This document shows positions 23,896 through 34,895 of a stretch of DNA of 64,000 bases, piece by piece. The DNA is from Octopus bimaculoides (Eukaryota), in assembly GCF_001194135.2 (NCBI RefSeq), contig NC_068985.1, forward strand, positions 19,820,059-19,884,058, read 5' to 3'. The notes below the pieces were generated by a model. That model saw only the letters and a list, made by a program, of their open reading frames with translations, had not been told where the DNA came from and did not search any database. Position 1 is the first letter of the stretch. Every line of letters begins with the position of its first letter. Both the position numbers and the translations under genes were made by a program.

Positions 23896-23959
23896 TAGAA
23901 CGCACCAAACCTTTGGATATTGTGCAACATTTTGTCCTCTTATCTATCCACTAATTATT

Positions 23960-24328
23960 GGCATACCTACACAAACGCGCCCCACCAACTTTGTTTCTTC
24001 ATTACCCTAAAAAAAAATAATAAATAATAATATTCTACAAATACCTTTCAGTTGGTTTAGAATGCGATTATAGTGGAAATTAATGAGGGAAAAAAAATTG
24101 GTGGGCACGTATGAATACATACTAGCACACATAAAAACAGTTTTTTTCAAAAGTTTCATTCTCTGTGTATAATTGTCAATATGTATATGTGCGCGCCCAC
24201 CTAATTTCTTTTCACATTAAATCCCAATATAATTGTAATCTACACCATCTGATGGTATATGTAGAAAATTTCATCAACAAATCTGAAACAAAGTTAATGG
24301 GGTGGGGGCATATTTGTGTAGGTATGCC
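23960..24328. mobile_element. 369-bp MITE, TIR GGCATACCTACACAAA
   Basis: About 27-bp terminal inverted repeat. Degenerate 8-bp flanks TAATTATT/TAATCATG. Confidence 0.65.
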
Positions 24329-24980
24329 TAATCATGTTCAAATAAAGTGGCACGGTGGTAGAAATGGTAAGCTTTAAAAATGCTTTTCTACATTTAGCTT
24401 TATTCTCTTATAATTGGTGTTCAAATCCCATTTGGAATGTGATTACAAGGCATAGACAGATAAATTCAATATAATCCCTAATAAAATTTGGACTTGTGTC
24501 AATAAAATATATCATTAAAGCGATGCTATGACAGAATCGTTAGAGCGTTGGAAAATAACTTGCCATATTTATTCTGTCTCTTTACGTTCTGGGTTCAACT
24601 CGTGCTGATGTCAACTTTGCCGTTAACTTCATAGAGGTCAATAAAATGAAATACTAATGTATTGTTGATATCTATATAATCGACCAATCATCTCCCAGCG
24701 AAACTACTGGTCTTGGACCTATGTTAGAAAAAACTATATTTAAGTTAGATTAAATATGGGCAATGTATTTTTATGTATCAAAAAATCTTAATTAGTTGAA
24801 TGACATCGTGTAGATAAACAAAACATAACAAATAAGTAGATATTAGAAAGAAAGAAAAAAGTTTATTAAAAAATTTATCTACTTTCTAAGCGACAACAAA
24901 TAAGTGATTGTGTCACACACTCCAATCTGGTGTAAAACCTGGCTCAGTTTGGAAAGCATGCAAACTGATTTCACATAATC

Positions 24981-25012
24981 ATGAGAAGAAGAATGGATCC
25001 CGAAATCCGCAG
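24981..25012 (+). CDS. Candidate first coding exon of MAP2K3/6-like gene (MRRRMDPEIR-)
   Basis: ATG with A at -3, AG|GTttgt donor. Phase 2 matches the acceptor at 29632. Lies in a CpG-richer region. No transcript evidence. Confidence 0.5.
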
Positions 25013-25608
25013 GTTTGTATTCATAATATATATTTCCGTATTGATGTTCAGTAAAAGCCAGCAAACTAACTTTTATTGTATATAATTAAATAAATAACGC
25101 AAAATTAAAATGATCATAACTTTTAAAAGTATCTTAATTCTTTACGATCCTTTAAGAATGACATAACAAGAGCGGGATACACTCTGAATTAATCGTACAT
25201 AATTTTGCTTTAATTAATTGATCGATTAGTTAATTATTCTTTTTTAGTAGAATTTATTAAAATTAAATGAAGATCTAATACTTCCGTAAAGTACCGACAT
25301 AATTATTAACGTGCAGTTAGTGCGAGCCGAGTTGATTTATTTATTTTATATTTAATCAGTGAAAAGAAACAAAGTAAGTTACATTTATTCAATATCAAAT
25401 GAATTAGTTTTTAAAATGTTGCATCGTTTCTTATCTTCTCCTGTCACTTATCAAATTAATTTAAGAATTTTATTCTTTATAAGTTCTTTACTTTTGCATG
25501 TAGTAGGATTGGTGATAACTTTCTATCCGGTTATTGCATTAACTGGTGCCTGTCCAGGATAAAACTCGTTTTATTTTCAAGGATATAGGAAATATATATA
25601 TATATATA

Positions 25609-25762
25609 NNNNNNNNNNNNNNNNNNNNNNNNNNNNNNNNNNNNNNNNNNNNNNNNNNNNNNNNNNNNNNNNNNNNNNNNNNNNNNNNNNNNNNNNNNNN
25701 NNNNNNNNNNNNNNNNNNNNNNNNNNNNNNNNNNNNNNNNNNNNNNNNNNNNNNNNNNNNNN
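25609..25762. other. Assembly gap (N run)
   Basis: Seen directly. Confidence 1.
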
Positions 25763-28034
25763 AAATCTTGTTTAAGTCATTGTACTGCGACCATGATGAG
25801 GAACCGCCTTGAAGGGTTTTACTCGAACGGAAACTGAAAGAAGCCCGTCGTATATATATGCATATATTTGTGTCTGTGTTTGTACCCCCCCACCCCCATC
25901 CACCATCGCTTGACAACCGATGTTGGTGTGTTTATGTCTCTGTAACTTAGCGGTTCGGCAAAGAGACCGATAGAATAAGTACTAGGTTTACAAAGGATAA
26001 GTCCAGTGGTCGATTTCTTCGACAAAATGACTGAAACAAGTAAAAGAATATATATATATATATATGAGAGGGAGAGGGAGAATGTTATGGCTGGTTCATA
26101 GTGTTACCCAGTATTTTGCGTCCATAAAGCGCTTAGATTTGCACATCTCATCAGACCCTAACGGCTGATGGCCTATAATCTTTCTTCAAAAGAAAAAACA
26201 AAGCCCTACAAACAGGCCATTACTAACTGTTCTATGCTTTTCTTTCGAATTTATGATTTACTGAGGATCTATGTTTATTTCTTTATATTATGTGTGTCCG
26301 TTGAGATGTAGAAATACTCAGGTTGGTATCCGAGGGCGCAGTAAGCCTGTTGGAAGTTAGGGACCCCTGGTCTTTGTCTAGGCATTCCTCTATGAGAAGG
26401 CCAACTCGTAAATAAAATCCCCTGCTCTACTAAGCCGGACATTTTGCACTTTGCTTGTCTCTGGGCTTTTTTTTGTCATCGCGGTGTTTTTCCAAGCCAT
26501 ACTCAACTTAGAACCCTTACATGGCTATTACCGACGCTTGACACTTGTCCTCGATCGTCATGCTCGTCTAACGCATAGACAACCATCGTGTTGGTGCGTG
26601 TGGAATTAAAAACTGTTTTAAAGGTATATTTATATATAAGGGCAAGAAGCAAGCCTCATCCACCTTTTTTTTTTCTGTTGTCACTGCTACATTCCCCTCT
26701 CATTTGAACTTTACAACTCTAATCCAACTTAAAGCCACTTGGGACACATGTATGCCTGTGTAGGCATGTAGCTTGTGTACATACGCACGGAAACAAATGC
26801 ATGCATACACACATGCATGCATGTACACACACATGCATGTATAATACAAACATACAATGCATACAAATTGTTAAACCTGTTTGTTTTCAAAACGTCCTTG
26901 ACCTATTACAAACTGAAATTGATGAAACAAAATCTGAGCTAAGGGAAGTAAGTTAACATTACGAAAAGTAAATAAATAAATAAAATAAAAATCCGTAACG
27001 CATCTCGGGCCAAAAAGTTGATGTTTAGTCATTTGTTAGAGTAGGCATTACATTTATTTTGTGTTAATTGTTATAGTAGTTTCATATATCTCATTATTGA
27101 TTGTGTAGTTCTTGTTCGATTCCTGGACCGCGCTGTATGTTCTGTTCCTGAGCAAGACACTTTATTTCACGTTGTTCCAGTTCACTCAGCTGTAGAAATG
27201 AACTGTGACATCACTGGTGTCAAGCTGTATCGGCCTTTGCCTTTTCCTTGGATTACATTGGTGGTGTGGAGAAAGGAAGTTGGTATGGGCGACTGCTGGT
27301 CTTCCATAAACAACCTTTCCCGGACTTGTGCCTTGGAGGGTAACTTTCTAGGTGCAATCTGATGGCCATTCATGACCGAAGGGGATCTTTATCCTCTTAG
27401 TTTTTCACGGAATAGTTATTGATGTCTCATCATCATCATTTTACGTCTGCCGTCCTTGCCAGCATGCATTGGACAGCTCAGAACAGTTTGTATCAATTCT
27501 TCTTGGAAGTCATTATATTCATTGACAGTTAGTCGTCTGTTTAATTTTAACTTATTTTCCTTGCTTACATCTTCCTTTCCCAAGCTGCTTTACAGAGTGT
27601 ACAGGGTGCATTTTATTATAGTGCCAGCACTATGGAGGTTTAAACAGATGGAATATTCATAGTTAAAACTGACAGGACTTACTGGAGTGGGGAAGTAAAT
27701 TCAGTGGTGTAGCTGCCTGGGACAGTCATTGAGTTTTGCCACATCCCCGGATCTCCACAGTCCTATAAAAGCTTACATAGCAGGCCTTTAAGTTATGCAC
27801 CCAAAAAGCATCACCTGGAGTGGATGTCCCCTAGCTACACTGCTGCGTAAATTCTCAAACCAGAGACCTAACCTGAATACTTGCAACAGATTGGATTCCA
27901 ATAAATGTACCTAAGGTGTCAGTTTGTGGTATTAAATTACGAAACTAAATTAGTCTCCTGCCCAAGTTGGACTTGGTCTAATTTTGAACTTAGAATGCAA
28001 AAAGCCAAAACAACTACTGCAAGTTTGACCTTAA

Positions 28035-28258
28035 CCCTTTAACATTTAAACTAGACATATTCAGCCCATATATTCTACCAGTTTTATGTTGAAACTGGCC
28101 AGATCCAGCCTCTCACACCTCTCCTACAATGTCATTCTAAAAATAAACAATCGCATCATCAAAATCTCAAGGCTATGAGATAATACCTGATTAATTTTTA
28201 AATTAACCGTGTGGATAAATAAGCATTATAATAATAAATTAATCTGAATTCTAAAAGT
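28035..28258 (+). mobile_element. piggyBac-type MITE, degraded
   Basis: TTAA|CCCTTTAAC start; interior homologous to 3662-3882. Confidence 0.7.
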
Positions 28259-29030
28259 TTAAAATTTCACCAGTCCACTGTCCTGGGTTGGTACTTTTAT
28301 ATTTACTGATCCTGAAAAGGTGGAGAGCAAACTTTAACTTGACAGGATTTGTACTCAAAATGCAGAGAGTCAGAACAAATACCACAAGGTATTTTATCTG
28401 ATGCCTTTAAGACTCTGCCAATTCATTGTCTGTTGGTGGTTAATGATTTTATATAGTCTGATATGTGGCTGTTTGTTTGACACTGAATAGATGCAGGTGT
28501 GGTTAAGAAGCTTGCTTTCCAACTATGTGATGATGGGTTCAGTCTCACCTTGAGCAAGTGTCTACTACAATAGCCCTGGGCCAAATTCACTATCAAATAC
28601 ACTTGCAAATACACTCAATATCATGTGATGGTTGTAAACGAGCACCACCATCATACAAGTGATGTTTGTTTCTAGTCTTCTAGAAGCAGGTGAGAAGGTT
28701 GGCAACAGGAAAATCTGCCTCAAAGAATTCCATCCGACTCGTGCAAGGATGGAAGAGTAGATGTTAAACAATAATGATTCCGACAGCATTTGTAATAAAA
28801 CACAATGACAAATACAAACAGTTCCAATGTAAATAAGATTGGCTTCTAAAAGCCATGAAACCATGTTTCAACTATTTATAGTGTTGCTCATTTGAAGAAA
28901 GTTATAGATTAGCGATACCTTTCCATTTAATAAGCATTCTACGTTTTAGTTGATGCAAGTAAAAAAAAGTGAAAATTCATTTATACTCGGTAACATTAAC
29001 GTCAACTGCATCAAAATTGATATGATTATC

Positions 29031-29530
29031 ATCATCATTATCATCATCATCGTTTAACGTCCGCTTTCCATGCTAGCATGGGTTGGACGATTTGACTGAA
29101 GACTGGTGAACCAGATGGCTACACCAGGCTCCAATCTGATTTGGCAGAGTTTCTACAGCTGGATGCCCTTCCTAACGCCAACCACTCTGAGAGTGTAGTG
29201 GGTGCTTTTACGTGCCACCGACATGAAGGCCAGTTAGGAGGTACTGGCAACGGCCACGTTCGAAATGGTGTATTTTACGTGCCACCTGCACAGGAGCCAG
29301 TCCAGCAGTACTGGCAACGAACTCGCTCGAATGTCTTTTCACGTGCCAGGAAGGCGACGTTGGTAACGGTCGCGCTCAAATGGTGCTCTGGCAACGATCA
29401 CGCTTGGACGGTGCTCTTAGTGATTTACTGGTACTGGTGCCATCACGATTTCGCTTTCGCTTGCGCCAACAGGTCTTCGCAAGCCTAGTTTAGTGTTCAA
29501 TGAAGATGTTGGCATGGGTGCCAGTCTACA
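29031..29530 (-). mobile_element. Retroposon family B 3' portion, young
   Basis: (CAT)n-CGTTTAACGTCCGCTTTCCATGCTAGCATGGG, nearly identical to 56066-56720. Confidence 0.85.
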
Positions 29531-29631
29531 AATTTAGTTCGATTTCGATTTCACTTGCCTCAACAGATCTTCGTAAAGAAGGAATGATTAATCACTTCAT
29601 ATTTCTTTTGCTTTTTATACATCATCTACAG

Positions 29632-29794
29632 AAGCCTGGAAGGTTTAAGTCCTGTAACAAATATCGAATTGGATGGAAAAGAAGTTACTTGTAGAGTTGA
29701 CGAGTTGAAACAGTTATCTGTGCTTGGAAATGGAAGCTTTGGAGTTGTTTTTGAGATGCAGCATGTACCAACCCAAAAGATTATGGCTGTCAAG
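29632..29794 (+). CDS. MAP2K6: MAP2K3/6-like kinase exon (G-loop, VAVK lysine)
   Basis: tacAG acceptor, AAG|GTaggt donor. Reads ..ELKQLSVLGNGSFGVVFEMQHVPTQKIMAVK, compared with MKK6 GRGAYGVVEKMRHVPSGQIMAVK. Correct frame absent from the ORF track. The symbol stands for the MAP2K3/6 orthology group. Confidence 0.9.
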
Positions 29795-29902
29795 GTAGGT
29801 ATTTAGCATGTAAAAATTGAAATACAAAGCACAAGTAGAGATAATGTATTTATTCAAATATTGCAGAAGGATTGCTTGAAATATGTTTATATATATTTTT
29901 AT

Positions 29903-30187
29903 ATAAGAAAATAAAATGACAAAAGAAAGAAATAAACGATTATCTTATGAACTTCATTAGCTTACAGTTGTTTTTGCTATAAGATGCAGTGGACTCGGTT
30001 AAGTGCTTGAGTAACATCTTATAGCTTTATCAGAGCCTTAGCACTTCATATTCGAGGCTTTGATGAAGCTATAAGGTGTTACTCAAGCACTCAACTACGA
30101 GTCCACTGCATCTTATAACTGAAACAGCTCTAAACTAATGAAATTCAAAAGATAATCATTTATTCCTTTGTCATCTTATTTTCTTAT
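29903..30187. mobile_element. Palindromic Penelope-like relic with two degenerate minimal hammerhead motifs
   Basis: Arms 29903-30038 and 30055-30187, 16-nt loop. Each arm carries a (C)TGATGA-A-stemII-GAAAC-AGCTGT-A-AGCT-like motif. Confidence 0.7.
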
Positions 30188-31419
30188 TACTGCTCTGTAC
30201 TCAACTAATGCTTTACTCTGAAGCATATGTGTATTGTGTTCTACATTAGGTTATTAGCCTCATTAAGTGAAATATATATGTGTGTACCTTCAGGCTTTGC
30301 CAATACTTTGAATAAATGACATACTATACTTGATGGCTCCAGCACTGATGAGGTTTGTTTTGGCATGGTTTTCACAGCTGGATTCCCTTCCTAATGTCAA
30401 CCACTTTACAGAGTGAACTGGATAAGATACTGAAAAAATTGGAAATGTCACAAGCTTTTATGCTTCTGCACACAGCTACAGTGTTTTAAATATTATACAC
30501 ATTGTTATTTTAATCTAATGTTTCATGTGTGAATATTGATTCAAGTATATATCTTTTTTTATCTATGTAGCCTTTTATTTTCACAATTGGTTTTGCAGAC
30601 TTTAAACAGAGCATCTTGAATCTCTACAAATGAGAATTTTTCTGTAACTTTTAACAGGAATCAAACAAGTTATGTTTAAAAATCTGTTATATGCATGCAC
30701 TTGGCAGCGAATACATGCTACTAACAAAGTCCAACAAAGCAGAAAAGCACATCTTACATTCTCACCTGCTGCTGGTTAGATGATTTTTGTCTGCTACTGA
30801 AATAGTTTGTGTTTTTAAGCATATCACATCTATAAGAGAAGCTATCTCTTGATGAATGCTGCTGGAAATTTGCTTTTTTCACAATGTATTTAGAATATGA
30901 TGCACAGGAGGCCATGAGTTTTGGTTATTTTTTGCTTTATCCTAACTTTTCAGCATTCAGGTTGCTCTGTCAAATATAATGCTTATTTATTCGCATATTT
31001 TCGAATTAATTATGCATTATCTTGTAGCATGGAGATTTCAGTGATGTGATTGTATATTTTTAGAATGGTGTTGTTGGTTAGTGTGATCGTTTGGCCAGTT
31101 TAAACATAAAGCAGGTAGAATGTTTGGGCTAAATACAGTCAGTTTAAATGTTTTAAAGAAAATTTCTGCTAAGCTAAATACTACTTTTTCTCATGATGAA
31201 GAAAATGCCATTGCTTATTTTTATGCCATGTTTTTTTATTTCAAATTCTCTATTTTGCTTGACTTGTGTCATAAACAAGCCACTTTTCACTTCCCCTTTG
31301 TATAGTTACCCTGTCTTTGTTCAATTATGACATGTATATAATATCTAAATGCATCCATTTATATTTTTATTGAAAATTTTCTAACGAAGTATTTCAAACT
31401 ATTTTGTTTATTCTTTCAG

Positions 31420-31539
31420 AAAATAAAATTCGTTACTTCTGACAAAGATAAAATGAAACGTTTAGTACGAGATTTGGAGATTTCAAAGAAAGTTGATAGT
31501 GAATATACTGTGAGATGTTTAGGAACACTTTTCAGTGAG
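31420..31539 (+). CDS. MAP2K6: MAP2K3/6-like exon (alphaC)
   Basis: ttcAG/GTat. Reads KIKFVTSDKDKMKRLVRDLEISKKVDSEYTVRCLGTLFSE, with the alphaC Asp typical of MKK3/4/6. Confidence 0.9.
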
Positions 31540-32328
31540 GTATATTTTTTTTATTTTATTTTTGTATTTGGTTTGCTAGATTGTTGATGTGAACTCATGT
31601 GTAGAAGCAGATTTTGTTATATCTTGGTAGGGTCATCATGCCAATAATAAACATGCACACTGGTTCTAGTTCACTTCTTTCGTAATTATTAGTCAATTAG
31701 TTAAAATTTAACCACTTAACGAATTGATTGTTTGATTAATCATTCAGTCAGTCAGTCAATCAATCAATCTTTTCCCCTGCTTGATTGGCAGATGGACATG
31801 AAGCAAACCTGGAACAGAGTGGATATGTCTTTGATGAAGTCACAAATGGTAATGAAAGGACTTTGACAAACTTAGCTGATTGATCAAACAATTAATCAAA
31901 CAATCAGTTAGTTAATTGGTTAAATGATTAACCAGAATAAAAAAAAAGTGTTTTTGACTTAAGATGTTTCAGCTATGAACATTCTGTCTTTTTTCAGCTA
32001 CATTTAGGCAATATGGTGTAATTTGAAAGAAACTTGGCTATTATTTCTAGTACATTGAGAGACCATGCAGAAGCTCCCTTTTCGACTCATTTCTAGTGGG
32101 TATATGTGAATATAGGTAATCTCTGCAAATGTAAATAGAAGTTTTGAGAATCTAAGCCTGACTGGTTCCATTATATACAAAGCAAAATCTAGAGACACTT
32201 CTTGGCATGTACCTAGTCTGAGAAACATTCTGGACTCCAACACTATGTATATACAAATTTGCACACATACACATTATGGTAATATTTATGGTAATATTTT
32301 TTATCATTATTTATTCCTTTTAATGAAG

Positions 32329-32442
32329 GGAGATGTCTGGATACTTATGGAAAAAAAGGATCTGTGCTTGGAGCAATTTTATCAGTATGTTATCAATTCC
32401 ACTGATATTCCTGAAGCATTTTTGGCTAAAACAACTTTAATT
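32329..32442 (+). CDS. MAP2K6: MAP2K3/6-like exon (hinge)
   Basis: aAG/GTaagt. Reads GDVWILMEKKDLCLEQFY..IPEAFLAKTTLI, compared with GDVWICMELMDTSLDKFY..IPEDILGKIAVS. Confidence 0.9.
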
Positions 32443-32726
32443 GTAAGTATTATAAATACAATTGATATCACAATGTCACAATTAGCATTTGGCAGAATTG
32501 TTAGCTGATCAGACAAAATACTTAGCAGTATTTTTGGCTCTACATTCTCAATTTAACTTTGAATTCTGTTGAGATTAACTTTGCTTTTCATCCTTTCAGG
32601 GTTGATAAAATAAATACCAGTTAAGTAGTGGGGCTGATATTGATCTAGAAATTTGATAAATACAGTTTTATTAAATGTTTATTGTTCTCTTATGTTGTTA
32701 ATTATACTCTTGTTCTTTTTATCTAG

Positions 32727-32906
32727 GTTGTAAAAGCTTTGCAATATCTGAGAAAAGAATTAAAAATAATGCACAAAGATGTTAAACCATCAAACATATT
32801 ACTTGAAAAGAACGGAGGAGTTTGTGTATGTGACTTTGGTGTTAGTGGACCTCTGGATGATTCATTTGCCAAGTCAATGAATGCTGGATGTAAAGCTTAC
32901 ATGGCT
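32727..32906 (+). CDS. MAP2K6: MAP2K3/6-like exon (catalytic loop, DFG, activation loop)
   Basis: ctAG/GTaggt. Reads VVKALQYL..MHKDVKPSNILL..CDFGVSGPLDDSFAKSMNAGCKAYMA. Confidence 0.95.
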
Positions 32907-33304
32907 GTAGGTACCTTTTGTACAATTTTTTTTTGTACTCTCTTTGTATATTTATGTATTTCTTGTGACGATTTTTTTTGTTGTTAGTGTAATTTGAAAC
33001 ACTTCCGTATTGTTTTTAGTGTCATTGGCATTGTCATCATCAACTTCATCAGCTTAGCTTTCACTTTTCCATGCTTGCATGGGTCAGACGGAATTTTTTG
33101 AGGCAGATTTATTACAGTTGAATGTTCTTGTTGATGATGCTTACCAGTTTCCAAGTGAGGTAATATTTCCCATGGAAAATTAGAGACAAACAACATTACT
33201 TGTATAATTTACAACCATCATGTGATGCCTAGATAAGAGTATACACACACACATACACATGCACACACATGTATGTTTATATATGTATACACACACACAC
33301 TGTT

Positions 33305-33635
33305 TAAGACTATTCTTAATATTTGAGTGTAAGTTCCATCTAGCTTGGATTCCACCAAGAAACAGTTGTAAGGAGATCTGCCTGTTTCCACAATTATAAG
33401 GGAAAGGTGCTTGCTCTTTGCTGGACTTTGCTGGTGAGCTAAAGAAGATCTAGCAAGTGACCTACGGCAATGGATGCTAAAGCATGGCTGTACCTCAGCA
33501 AGTTGTTCAGAAACAATGTATGTAGACCAACTCACCAGAGATACTGGATGCCTCCCTGAAGACCTCCCTCAACTGATGCAGGACTGAGATGGATGGCATG
33601 TGCAGGTTAAAAATGTCTGAGCAAGACCAACTAGA
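33305..33635 (+). mobile_element. Non-LTR retrotransposon (RTE/RTE-X clade) 3' fragment
   Basis: Decayed reading TKKQL*GDLPVSTIIRERCLLFAGLCW..YVDQLTRDTGC..DGW. Confidence 0.7.
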
Positions 33636-34817
33636 CGTTATAGCAAGTTAATAAAAAAATATATATAATTTTAAAGAGAATAAGTTTTTGTAGCAGTGCA
33701 TGTACATAAATTAAGGCATGTAGTTGCATAGAAAGAAAAACTAAACACATTTAATCATTTTGCTGTTTCTGTGGAAGGGGTAGACTTAGGAAGAAATGGA
33801 GCCAAATGGTGAGAAAGGGTCTTCAAATGTTGGGCCTCACAGAGCGGATGGCAGGGGACTGAGACTCCTGGCAGTTTGCTTTGCTTGAGAAGACACGTCA
33901 GGCTAAGTAAAATCATGGCTGTCCTTGCATACAAGCATGTCCCTTGCATCCCTCTCCAGCTGAGCATTCCTAATCTTATAGGCTCGTGAGTGCTGGTGCC
34001 ACATAAAAAGCACGTCTACTGGTGCCATGTAAAAGCACCCAAGCCGGTGCTGCATACAAATACCCAGTACACTCTGTAAAGTGGTTAGCATTAGAAAGGG
34101 AATCCAGCCATAGAAACCATGCCAAAACAGCCTGGGCAGATCTTCAGCATCAACACTGTCATAGAAAAATATAACATTCTTATAGTGAGTTGAATTCTTC
34201 ATTACATATCGGTTTGAGCAATAAATATAATTTATGCCATTCTGAATATAACCAGGGAAAATTGGGTAACATTTACAACACACTACATCCCCAACACTAT
34301 CTATTTCTCTCTCTCATTCTGACTGTCTTTCTATCTTTCTAACTCCTTACCATCTTCCTTGTCCTACAGGGATGGTCTAGTATCTCCTCTTGTATGACAA
34401 CTATCCCTGTCCCTCTATCATACCCTAATTTCTCACCTGGCACACAGCCACTTCCCTTGGTTCCACTCCTCTACTTGGTAACCCCATTGGTGTCTCATAA
34501 ACAGCACCTATGACAGTACCACATAAAAAGTACCTATGCTGGTACCACAGCCCATGTGCCAATACCATGTAGAAAACACCCATGCTGGAGCCACATAAAA
34601 AGTCCCCAGTACACTCTGTAAAGTGGTTAGTAAAGAAAGGGCATCCAGGTGTAGAAACCATGCTAAAACAGACAATTGAAGTCTGGCACAGCTCTCCTGC
34701 TTACCAACTCCTGTCAAACTGTCCAACCCATGTTAGCATGGAAAATGATGATGTTGATGATGATGATTTAATTGTTATGCATAATGCACATCCATAATTT
34801 ATTGCTTGCTCTTTTAG

Positions 34818-34895
34818 CCTGAATTGATTGATCCTGATCTATCACCTGTACAAAATGATGTCCGGTCAGATGTCTGGAGTTTAGGAATAACGCTG
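34818..34895 (+). CDS. MAP2K6: MAP2K3/6-like exon (PE, DxWSLG)
   Basis: tttAG/GTaagt. Reads PELIDPDLSPVQNDVRSDVWSLGITL. Confidence 0.95.

Noticed and set aside
32760-32800. MAP2K as pseudogene or pseudokinase because of HKD
   Set aside because: All exons are in frame with canonical splice sites, and the catalytic Asp, Lys, Asn and DFG are intact.
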